Origin: an uncultured virus (IMG/VR IMGVR_UViG_3300008113_007374)
Taxonomy: Duplodnaviria > Heunggongvirae > Uroviricota > Caudoviricetes
Direction: 5' to 3' (one strand)
DNA: 64,000 bases
IMG/VR virus record: IMGVR_UViG_3300008113_007374
Below, in pieces: positions 18,325 to 27,427 of this stretch. The translations under genes and the position numbers were made by a program. The stretch's first letter is position 1; each line of letters begins with the position of its first letter. The notes under the pieces are model-generated. The model saw only the letters and a program-made list of their open reading frames with translations. It had not been told where the DNA came from and ran no database searches.

Positions 18325-18363
18325 CCTTTAAAGATAAGAAATATAAGGGGATTGTCAATTAAC

Positions 18364-18391
18364 AAAAAACCCACCTTTATGGGGTGGGTTT
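18364..18391 (-). terminator. Intrinsic terminator
   Basis: AAACCCACC-N7-GGTGGGTTT hairpin with a T-run on the minus strand. Confidence 0.75.
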
Positions 18392-18411
18392 AAAAATAAT
18401 GTTTTATTATT

Positions 18412-19104
18412 TTATGCCATATTTTGGTCACCTCTATTATTTGTTGACGCAAAATTTGCTTTAGGGACTGCTCTACCTGACTTATTATTACTACAAAGAA
18501 AATCTTGGATGTATTTAATCATTTCAACTCCGTTTTGGTCCATTCCTCCCTCAACTAAAGGTCTTGGTGAATTTTTTGCCAAATTTCTAAAATCTTCTCC
18601 CATTTTTTTATTTAAATCCGACCCTACTAAGTTTGTTGTTCTATTTTTTTTGTTAACATACCCTTTCAATAATTTTCTCCATTTGTCGTCAATACCCACA
18701 TCATAAGTTTTCCAAAATGCACCTAAAGTCGCGTTTAAGAAGTTATTTTCAAATCTTTGGATATCAACACTAAAAATATTAGTTCCGTCACAAACATATG
18801 TTAACTTTATAATTCCAATGTCTTTTGATTTACCATCCAAATAAATTTCAGTACCATCACTATTGAAAGTTACCTTATTACACATAAATTTTGAAATTAT
18901 TGGTAATGAGTTATCTCCAGGTAAATAAAAATTCATTTCTTTTCCTTGAAATTTTTTCATGAACTCTCCTGCCGATTTAGCAAAATCTAAAGTCTCAGGT
19001 TCTATTTGTTCATTTACTAAATAATGATTTTTTGTTGACTTTTTATGCATTTCAAGAATTCTATTTTTTTCTTGACTTGACATTTCAAATAAGATATTTT
19101 TCAT
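18412..19104 (-). CDS. Hypothetical protein (possible head-packaged protein)
   Basis: Stand-alone unit with TATTTAT motif and terminator; N-terminus EKNRILEMH...YLVNEQ. Confidence 0.8.
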   Translation of the reverse strand: MKNILFEMSSQEKNRILEMHKKSTKNHYLVNEQIEPETLDFAKSAGEFMKKFQGKEMNFYLPGDNSLPIISKFMCNKVTFNSDGTEIYLDGKSKDIGIIKLTYVCDGTNIFSVDIQRFENNFLNATLGAFWKTYDVGIDDKWRKLLKGYVNKKNRTTNLVGSDLNKKMGEDFRNLAKNSPRPLVEGGMDQNGVEMIKYIQDFLCSNNKSGRAVPKANFASTNNRGDQNMA

Positions 19105-19154
19105 ATTGATAATTTTATATATAAATATACTGTAAAATTAAAAAAAGGGGGGGG

Positions 19155-19760
19155 TTACCAAATTTTTTGTTCTTTCATATAACCAAGAACACAAGTATAT
19201 GAGTCAGCCATATCAAAACATTCTTTTTTCAAAGTATTGTTTTTAGTATAGTGCCAAGTAATTTGTGGTTCTTTTTTAGATACGTGTTTCCAAATGATTT
19301 CTTTTTTATCAATGTCTTTTGGTAATCCACCAAATAAAACATACTTATCCTTATCATTTTTTTGAATTAAATCTGGCCAAGCATATTTTCTTGAGTTATA
19401 TGTCGATATAAAGTTTGGAACTATTCCTAAAATATCATAAATAGATTTTGTAATCATTGAATTGTATCTTAATAGTGTTCCAACCGTCCAAACATTATTA
19501 GAATTTAATAATGGTTCTTCAATTACAACTTTAGCAATCCCTAAATTTTGATACCCTCGTAATTTTTCTTCAAAACCAATTACCTTCATAAGTAACTCTT
19601 CAATTTTATCTTCAGGTTTTGGTTTTATTACCGGTGAGAAATGTGTTAATTCTAACAACTCTTGTGTTTGAATGTCAAATAAACTCCACCCAATGGTTTT
19701 TGTGGAAATGTCTAAACCAAGAACTTTCGGTGAGTTCTTCAAATCATGTTTTTCGCTCAT
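19155..19760 (-). CDS. RuvC-like Holliday junction resolvase
   Basis: VLGLDISTKTIG, VVIEEP and DMADS acidic motifs. Confidence 0.85.
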   Translation of the reverse strand: MSEKHDLKNSPKVLGLDISTKTIGWSLFDIQTQELLELTHFSPVIKPKPEDKIEELLMKVIGFEEKLRGYQNLGIAKVVIEEPLLNSNNVWTVGTLLRYNSMITKSIYDILGIVPNFISTYNSRKYAWPDLIQKNDKDKYVLFGGLPKDIDKKEIIWKHVSKKEPQITWHYTKNNTLKKECFDMADSYTCVLGYMKEQKIW

Positions 19761-19766
19761 AAAAGA

Positions 19767-21974
19767 TTAAAAATCTAACTTAATCGGATACTGTTGAATA
19801 CCTTGTCGTTTTTCAGGTGATTGTATCTTCGATATAACCATAAGTTCTTTATCTGCATTGTAAAGTCCAACTTCGGTTACATATGGGTTGGACCCAGTCC
19901 AAGTCGGGTTAGATGAATCAAAGAATTGTGTTTGACCTAAATTACATAAAAAGTTCATTACGTATATTGTTGCTTGAATATCTGTTTGAATATTACCAAA
20001 AAAGAAGTATTCTCCACCAAAATTCAAAGTTAATCCTGAATCATTAAGTGCAGGTAAATTGATATAATTATCTAACCTATATGTTGATGCTGTATCATAC
20101 ATATTTTTAGTTAATTGTAATGTTGTTCCCGTCATTCCTGATTGTGTCATGTAACCACCAATCGTTGTTGCTGAAATTTGTGATGTTACATCGATTTCTT
20201 TCCAAGCGGATGCTGTAGGTCTTGTGGTCCCACTTGAAACTTTTTGTGCAATTAACTTTATACGATTTGCAGTAAATCCACTTGGTGATGTATATGTGTT
20301 TCTTAAGAATGGAAACTCATTACCGAATCTTATAATAATGTCTGAAGCACCTGGTAATAGACTTTGGTCATTTCCTGTAATTGTTGTGTAATAATTACAA
20401 TGTAAAGAATTTGTAAATCCTGTATTTTCAAAGATATACGTTAAAAATAAAGTTTCAGAACTTCCCGTTAATAAACCACTTGTTCCACCTAAAACCCCAC
20501 TAAATGTATTTGGAGTTACCAATCCTAATTTAGGTGCTGGTAATGTCCAAGACCTATTTGATTTGTAATTAAGTGCCGCAACAATTTCATCATCATCAAA
20601 TATAATCATTTTGTAGTCAGGGAATACTTTACCTACTCTATTAGGATAACCATTAGTATTAGGGTTAGTATCCCATAAGTGATAATATCTTAAACCGGGG
20701 TCATTAAAATTAGGGTCTTTTTTAGATTCAATATAATGTGGTTCAAATAAATTAAGACTTGTAAATCCTGATGGGTCTGTATAAAATTCTTGACCTACAG
20801 TTGCTCCTGAATTTTTATGCCACATTAACCAAGGAATACTAATTCTTAAATTTCTTGCTTGACCTGTCCCGCCAGGGTTATTTGGGTCGTATTCTTCTTG
20901 TGCAAATTTTTCTCCATAAAAATTATCGATAGCTTGGTTTGTATAGTGAACAATCGCGATTGATTTTTGGTCTGATGGTGAAAGAATTATTTTATCAGCA
21001 AATGAATTATAATAATATGTTGAGTCGGTGTCTACTTGACCGGTGTTTGAGTTATATCCAAAATATTCTTTTGAACCGGTATATCCTGTTGATTTATAAA
21101 AATTATAATCTTGGTTTGTATTACTGAATACCCCTGCCGGCGATTCAGTCCACGGAATATTCATATTCCAAATATTTACGTTTCTTGCAGAAACATCACA
21201 GTTTGTTTCAAAATTAATTACATCATTTTCCCAATATGGTTCAGGTGTTGTTGTATCATATATTACAGTCATACCACTTGGATAAAATAAAGTTTGGGAT
21301 GTTCCTGTAAGTCCCATTGTTCCTAAGTTAGGTAATTGTCTATCTACTTGTATTGTAACTGTTCCTCCCGTAGAGGTATCACCAGTGACACCAACTACTA
21401 AATAAGTGAATAGAGGTCCCGCATTTTGAACGGGTGAAATCTGACCATTTGTAAATAATGTCATAAACATACCAGGTGTTACTGTTCCTGATACTGAAGG
21501 AGCTAATGATGTCCCCGATATTGTTAAAGTAGTTCCTGAAGTAATACCACTATTTTGCGCAATAAAGTTAGGATTGATTGTATATGCTGAAGTTGTGTAA
21601 GCACTATAAGTGTAAGGTGTCCCTGTACTTGGATTAAAGAATCCTCTTGGTGCCGCACTATTATAAACACTATCAATATATGATGCATCAAATGGGACGC
21701 CATATGTGCTACCCGATGTTGAGTCCAAATAGATTGGATATTTAATTTCCATTCTATTTTTTTGTGGGACTGGCGCTAAATTTTGTGTGTTATATTGTGG
21801 CATTAACACATTTAAATTAACCGGGTCTAAATTGTTTATACAATTATAACAAGCTTCACTATCACCAACTTGGAAGTATGATATATCAAATTTACCTTGT
21901 GATATCTTTTTTCTTCCTGCATCGGTAACAAGTGTGTTAATTAACGCTGCGGTATCTTTAATTATGTATGACAT
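19767..21974 (-). CDS. Virion structural protein (baseplate/tail-fibre attachment)
   Basis: N-terminal VTDAGRKKISQG..FQVGDSE and C-terminal VTEVGLYNADKELMVISK motifs typical of tail-collar/fibre attachment domains. Confidence 0.65.
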   Translation of the reverse strand: MSYIIKDTAALINTLVTDAGRKKISQGKFDISYFQVGDSEACYNCINNLDPVNLNVLMPQYNTQNLAPVPQKNRMEIKYPIYLDSTSGSTYGVPFDASYIDSVYNSAAPRGFFNPSTGTPYTYSAYTTSAYTINPNFIAQNSGITSGTTLTISGTSLAPSVSGTVTPGMFMTLFTNGQISPVQNAGPLFTYLVVGVTGDTSTGGTVTIQVDRQLPNLGTMGLTGTSQTLFYPSGMTVIYDTTTPEPYWENDVINFETNCDVSARNVNIWNMNIPWTESPAGVFSNTNQDYNFYKSTGYTGSKEYFGYNSNTGQVDTDSTYYYNSFADKIILSPSDQKSIAIVHYTNQAIDNFYGEKFAQEEYDPNNPGGTGQARNLRISIPWLMWHKNSGATVGQEFYTDPSGFTSLNLFEPHYIESKKDPNFNDPGLRYYHLWDTNPNTNGYPNRVGKVFPDYKMIIFDDDEIVAALNYKSNRSWTLPAPKLGLVTPNTFSGVLGGTSGLLTGSSETLFLTYIFENTGFTNSLHCNYYTTITGNDQSLLPGASDIIIRFGNEFPFLRNTYTSPSGFTANRIKLIAQKVSSGTTRPTASAWKEIDVTSQISATTIGGYMTQSGMTGTTLQLTKNMYDTASTYRLDNYINLPALNDSGLTLNFGGEYFFFGNIQTDIQATIYVMNFLCNLGQTQFFDSSNPTWTGSNPYVTEVGLYNADKELMVISKIQSPEKRQGIQQYPIKLDF

Positions 21975-22004
21975 ATTTTATAAATATCGTTTTTTATTTT
22001 TTTA

Positions 22005-23603
22005 TCATAATGATGGTGATGCTGGACAAATTGTTCCTGTTTTATTAAGTTGTGTTTTTTGTGGTGTAATGTTTTTATTAATACTTCTACATAAAGATGG
22101 TGTAATAGAAATATTCTGTATTGAAACACTATCAACTATAAATCCATTTAATGGACAACCAGTGGCAACACATGGTGTATTCACATATTGAACTATTGTT
22201 CCTGACGCAACTCCGTTATTTGTTAATTGAACAGTATAAGTTTGAGATGATGCGCTTGTGTTAATAAATCCACCTGAACAACTTGGTCTTGCAGTACTTG
22301 TTCCTGTCACTAAACTTGAACTAATTGGTGTTATAACAGTATTTGGTGATGTTATAGCTGTTATTGAATTTGTTATTGTAGGAACCACAGAAGCGGTATT
22401 AGTACTTGCAGTATAGTTTATATTGAATGTTACTGTCATATTGACCGTAACTCCTGTTGGAAGTGCCGGTGAAACCCCTATAGACCAATTTGTTGTCTTA
22501 CTTGTTGCATTACCATAAGACTGTGGTGTTTGTTCATTTAAATTCAAACTTACCACATAATTTTGTACACTTTGTTGAGGTGTCAGTGTGGTAGTTGTTG
22601 AGTAAACATTACCTACAGAATCTTTGATATAAACAGTGTATGTCCCTACACCTAGACTTGAAAATATGTTTGATGCTTGGTAATTTACCCCATTTAACGA
22701 GTAAGTATATGAAGGGACACCTCCACTACCAGTTAAAACCATAGACCCATTTGTTTGATTTGCACATATTGGATTTGTTGAATTTACTTTAACTTTCAAT
22801 AGTGCGGAAGAACAATTACCCGACAACACCGTTATTGATGTTGTAAATGCACTAGGACCTGTTACTGTCCAATTTCCTGTTGGTGGTGATGTTGGTGATT
22901 GTTTGAAAACGGAACCGTTCGTCCATCCACTTAATAACCATTTTGTTGTTCCTGAACTATAGTATATTTTGTAACTTGGTGTTACACTTGTCCACGACAT
23001 CATACCATTCATTGTTCCCGCAGAATAGAAATTAATTAAAGTTGGTACTGAGTTTACAGTTTGTGTTAAACATAATCCACTTGGTATTACAGGTGGCGGT
23101 GTAACCGGAGGTAAACATTGGCTACAACCCGTATATGGTCCGGCAGATGAAACGGCAAAAAAGTCATAATAAGTTTGACCTGTATGTAATGTAGTTCCAC
23201 TACTTGTCCAACATCCTGTTTGAGTTGTCAATCTGTATACTGAAGATGCACTAAACGGATTATATAAGTCTGCCAAATAATAAACAAAACTACCTGAATT
23301 AGAACAATCTTCAAATTTCTCCAAATAGAAACTATCATAATCGACAGTACAAGTTGTTGTTCCTGTAAAGTCACCATAGTAATCAACTACCGTTGCGGTA
23401 TACTCACCAGGTCCAAGATTTGTTAATAAACTACCTTGTTGACCTCCATTCCATATCACATTATAAGGTGCAGTCCCTCCTGTTATATAAAGAGAAATTA
23501 AACCATTAGTTGTTTGAGGTGTGGAACTATTAATAACATTACACTCAACACCCAAAGGGAAGAGAGTTATTATATTACAACTATTACCACTTAATTGACC
23601 CAT
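22005..23603 (-). CDS. SprB-repeat, Cys/Thr/Ser-rich putative tail appendage protein
   Basis: GGTAPYNVIWN..LGPGEYTATVVD and GGVPSYTYSLNG..LGVGTYTVYIKD repeats. Confidence 0.75.
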   Translation of the reverse strand: MGQLSGNSCNIITLFPLGVECNVINSSTPQTTNGLISLYITGGTAPYNVIWNGGQQGSLLTNLGPGEYTATVVDYYGDFTGTTTCTVDYDSFYLEKFEDCSNSGSFVYYLADLYNPFSASSVYRLTTQTGCWTSSGTTLHTGQTYYDFFAVSSAGPYTGCSQCLPPVTPPPVIPSGLCLTQTVNSVPTLINFYSAGTMNGMMSWTSVTPSYKIYYSSGTTKWLLSGWTNGSVFKQSPTSPPTGNWTVTGPSAFTTSITVLSGNCSSALLKVKVNSTNPICANQTNGSMVLTGSGGVPSYTYSLNGVNYQASNIFSSLGVGTYTVYIKDSVGNVYSTTTTLTPQQSVQNYVVSLNLNEQTPQSYGNATSKTTNWSIGVSPALPTGVTVNMTVTFNINYTASTNTASVVPTITNSITAITSPNTVITPISSSLVTGTSTARPSCSGGFINTSASSQTYTVQLTNNGVASGTIVQYVNTPCVATGCPLNGFIVDSVSIQNISITPSLCRSINKNITPQKTQLNKTGTICPASPSL

Positions 23604-23604
23604 T

Positions 23605-24543
23605 TTATGTGAATTTTTGTGTTATACAACCATATCTTTGGGATGTTCTTCCAAAACCAATAGGTGTTGTTGATGTTTTTTCAAACGTTATTAAATATGG
23701 TGCCGTCAAATTAATTTGATAGACTTCATTTGAATTATTCAATATATAAAATTGGTCGTTTGATTCAACAAATGAACCAACATTAGTTATTCCTGATAAA
23801 TTTATTTCAACTTCTAAAGTTCCTCCTGAAACGTAATCATATTGTTGTAAATAAGTTGAACCTGTATTTGTACCAATAACAATTACTTTATTTTCTGTTG
23901 AAAGTTTCATGTCTCTGATACCAGGACTACCCGATAGAGAACCAACAATTTCAAGAATATTTGTTGTGGACGCAGTTGTCCCTGTAATTACAGCGTTATA
24001 AATATGAGTAGTTGATGTCCCCGTATTTGTCGCCAAGACTAATAAGTTATTGTTATCAATAGCAAAAATTTCTTTATTATCATCTAAATTAATTGCAATT
24101 TCTCTATTATATGTGTTTGAGAAAGGGTCTATTGTTATATCTAATTCTGTAACTCCAGTGGATGATAAGAACCACATTTTATCTTCGGTATTTGCCATCG
24201 GACTGTTGTCTCCTGATGGGGTAATTACTAATGATAATGGTCCTTCTGAGGTATCACTAATAACATTATATTTGTAATAACTGTTTCCATCCCAATAACC
24301 AACAAAAATATTACATCCAACTAAATCAGGTGAAACACAATAACTACATCCATTGGCATCAATAACTTTTACATAATATGTTGTATAACTTTCATATATT
24401 GTAGGTAATGTAAATGTATATGCACTTGTAGAAAACGTATCTATATATTGAGAAGTTCCCCCAACACCACAACTATCACAAACCCACACATTATATGGTG
24501 ATGTTCCTGATACTATTGAACTTACGGTTACATTTATAGCCAT
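23605..24543 (-). CDS. Putative virion appendage protein (small Ig/SprB-like N-domain plus beta-rich C-domain)
   Basis: N-terminus SGTSPYNVWVCD..VKVIDANGC is paralogous to the two ORFs at 29753-30325. Confidence 0.7.
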   Translation of the reverse strand: MAINVTVSSIVSGTSPYNVWVCDSCGVGGTSQYIDTFSTSAYTFTLPTIYESYTTYYVKVIDANGCSYCVSPDLVGCNIFVGYWDGNSYYKYNVISDTSEGPLSLVITPSGDNSPMANTEDKMWFLSSTGVTELDITIDPFSNTYNREIAINLDDNKEIFAIDNNNLLVLATNTGTSTTHIYNAVITGTTASTTNILEIVGSLSGSPGIRDMKLSTENKVIVIGTNTGSTYLQQYDYVSGGTLEVEINLSGITNVGSFVESNDQFYILNNSNEVYQINLTAPYLITFEKTSTTPIGFGRTSQRYGCITQKFT

Positions 24544-26147
24544 TATTTACAGTTTCCGTTTACAGTACAGAATTGTGTTAATTTACCACTTACATCAACT
24601 TTATAGATAAAGTTTCCGTATTGTAAGTAATCTTCTGTTATTGGTTTAGTTAATGATGAATCACTAAAGACATAAACATCCGTAGCAATTTCACTTATTA
24701 AGTTAGAGGTATAGAAAGTATTTTTCTTACCAAAGTCAGTTATTTGACAAACAGGACAGTTCAAGGCGAATCCAAAACTTCCTCTCCATGTGTTATAAGT
24801 TGTAGTAGCAGCAGTCACAGTTAAACAATCTACGCAATCGGTGTATGTCGTGGCAGTAGTTGCTGTAAACTCATTTACGTTTGCAACCACATAACCTGAC
24901 GGAGCAACATATCCAACATAATTTCCAACATAACTATAACAATCACCTGACAATGTTTTTAACACATTACCAATAGTTAAATTTGTTGGTGGATAAGCCG
25001 TTTGTGTTATCATACTATTAGAAGTACAAGATGTAAATACAAACACAGTTCCAGGTGCAAATGTAGGTGTAGGTGTAGGAGTCGGTGTAGGAGTCGGTGT
25101 AGGAGTTGGCGTCGGTGTAGGTGTTGGTGTTGGAGTAACACATGAAACCGAACAATATCCTGTATATGCTGAAATTATGTATTGAATTGATGCGTTTGCA
25201 CTTCCGTTAACATTTTGTGTATATGTAGCACATCTAATGTCATTATTTATTACACCATAGATTGTTGTTCCTGTTGTTGTAACAGTTGTTGCTGTTGAAC
25301 CTGTTAATAATAATGGTCCTGCAACATAATATTTCGTTCCATCATAACAATCAACCAATTCTTTAACCGTCGCACAAACAAAGTTTCCATTATCTACAAT
25401 AAACGTCACGGTATCTGCAGATGGTGTAACAGTTGGTGTAGGGGTTGGGGTTGGTGTCGGTGTTGGAGTAGGAGTTGGTGTTGCTGTCTGATATGTGATA
25501 TTTGCAGTAAAAGCACTACATATATTCGCAGTTGGAGTAGGTGTCGGTGTAGGTGTTGGGGTTGGAGTAGGTGTCGGTGTAGGTGTTGGGGTTGGGATAT
25601 TACACTCCAATAACACATCAAAATCTAAAACTGAACAAGGGTCATATGGTGTTGGTGTTGGAATACAAGCACCTGTTGTCATTACCGTTTCATCTAAATC
25701 AGGACATACTGAAAAAGTTGGATTGGACCCAAAAAATATACAAGAACCACCTAATGAACTACTTAAACACCAATAAGTTCCGTTATAATGTAAATATCCA
25801 GTGCTAGATGTTCCTCCAGTCCAATATGGGTAAGAATTATACCCTCCTTGTATTATATAAGTTCCTCCGTATCCACTATATAAAGTTGTTGGTGCACTAA
25901 TACATAACGTACTTGAACAACATTCTAAACATGATGGATGCGTGCATCCGGTTACTAATGTACCTATTGCAGATATCCCAAATGTTATAGATGTGCCCGT
26001 AACTCCACTGACCACGGTATAACAACCATTTGGCATATTTGGGTCATTTTCAATAGAGTATACCTCATTAACTGAAGCACTAACGGGAAAACTTGTAGCA
26101 CTATATACAAGGTTATAACAACAACTACTAAAAATTACATCAGCCAT
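24543..26147 (-). CDS. Cys-rich virion protein with three mucin-like (Pro-Thr)n linkers
   Basis: PT tracts at ~25062-25137, ~25424-25483 and ~25531-25597; about 28 Cys by hand count. Confidence 0.8.
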   Translation of the reverse strand: MADVIFSSCCYNLVYSATSFPVSASVNEVYSIENDPNMPNGCYTVVSGVTGTSITFGISAIGTLVTGCTHPSCLECCSSTLCISAPTTLYSGYGGTYIIQGGYNSYPYWTGGTSSTGYLHYNGTYWCLSSSLGGSCIFFGSNPTFSVCPDLDETVMTTGACIPTPTPYDPCSVLDFDVLLECNIPTPTPTPTPTPTPTPTPTPTPTANICSAFTANITYQTATPTPTPTPTPTPTPTPTVTPSADTVTFIVDNGNFVCATVKELVDCYDGTKYYVAGPLLLTGSTATTVTTTGTTIYGVINNDIRCATYTQNVNGSANASIQYIISAYTGYCSVSCVTPTPTPTPTPTPTPTPTPTPTPTPTFAPGTVFVFTSCTSNSMITQTAYPPTNLTIGNVLKTLSGDCYSYVGNYVGYVAPSGYVVANVNEFTATTATTYTDCVDCLTVTAATTTYNTWRGSFGFALNCPVCQITDFGKKNTFYTSNLISEIATDVYVFSDSSLTKPITEDYLQYGNFIYKVDVSGKLTQFCTVNGNCK

Positions 26148-26226
26148 TTATGTGTGAAACTTTATTATATAAATAATCAAAAATCTATTTTATTATATGA
26201 TGTTTTATAAAAATAAAATATCTTGT

Positions 26227-27381
26227 CTATTTCCCCATTCTCCGTTTATTATAAGGTTTACTAAAACTTTCCATTTTTACATTTATTTTTGAAACATATG
26301 ATGTTAAATCTTGTCTATGAATTACATTACCTAACTCATCTTCAATACCAATATAAATGAAACTAAAATTTTCAACATAAGGGATTTCAAGTTCTAAGTC
26401 GTATGTATTTTTAGTTTTTAAATACCATTCAGTTTCATCATTAACAGGTGGATTAATTCCCTTGATTGTGTTTTCATGTAAAACTCTTTCTTTAAAATTA
26501 ATTCCAGCGTAAAGTTCATAATCTTTATGTGACCTTACATCACCTAACCCATACTCACCAAGGTCAATATTGTTATCTTCCTCTTGTAACATATGTCTTA
26601 ATCTTCTTTTAGATTCATTATCCATAATCCACCAAGGTTTTTCAACTACACCTTTATTTTTATTTTCGTCGTTGAAATCTGTCCAATGTTTTGTTCTACC
26701 TTCTCTTGTGTATTCATGCCACACAACAGTTTTATGTGGGTGAAATAAATCATAACCTAATGTATATGAACGAATTGATAAACTAATTTCATCACCAGCA
26801 AAGTATATATTTGGGTCATATTTATACTCTTCACAGTGTTTTCCTATAGTAAAAAAGAAATGTCCGCTAACAAATCTTGCGGGAATTGGTTTATCTAAGT
26901 TCTCCCAATTTTCAATAGTGTGGGGTCTAAAAAGAATAGTTCCACCTGGCGTAAAGTTTGAAGCAACCATTTTGTATGGTTCGACATTTAGTAACTTATT
27001 ATCAGATGGTCTATACATGCCAGCATATGCTGTGATGATTGGTTTTTCTGAACCTGTTTGATTCATCATATTAATTAACTCAACATCCCAATCTTGTAAG
27101 AACCTGTGATGTGAATCTAATTGCATGGTATATTCTTCACCTTCCCATAGTTTTTGAATTTCAGAACGAGCCCAACAAAGTCCTTTACTCTTTGACCAAT
27201 GATAATCTAAAACTTTAAATCTTGGGTCATTTGTAAATTCTTCCATTGACTCCGTTTCATCACGTTGCCAACAAATACCAAATGTTAAATTTTCTGGGTA
27301 TTTTGCAGTATTAATACAATCTCTAATAGTTGGTAAAAGTTCGGGGTCTCGATAAGACGCGATTTGTACAAATATTTTCAT
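26227..27381 (-). CDS. Glycosyltransferase, GT60-like (GlcNAc transferase family, Skp1/mucin-type alpha-GlcNAc-T)
   Basis: IFVQIASYRDPE, GLCWARS, QLDSHHRF (DxH), FVSGHFFF, YDPNIYFAGDEI..SIRSYTLGYDLFHP. Confidence 0.85.
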   Translation of the reverse strand: MKIFVQIASYRDPELLPTIRDCINTAKYPENLTFGICWQRDETESMEEFTNDPRFKVLDYHWSKSKGLCWARSEIQKLWEGEEYTMQLDSHHRFLQDWDVELINMMNQTGSEKPIITAYAGMYRPSDNKLLNVEPYKMVASNFTPGGTILFRPHTIENWENLDKPIPARFVSGHFFFTIGKHCEEYKYDPNIYFAGDEISLSIRSYTLGYDLFHPHKTVVWHEYTREGRTKHWTDFNDENKNKGVVEKPWWIMDNESKRRLRHMLQEEDNNIDLGEYGLGDVRSHKDYELYAGINFKERVLHENTIKGINPPVNDETEWYLKTKNTYDLELEIPYVENFSFIYIGIEDELGNVIHRQDLTSYVSKINVKMESFSKPYNKRRMGK

Positions 27382-27427
27382 TATCTTCTTTTGTTAGAAG
27401 ATATGTAATCTATCACGTAAATAAATA

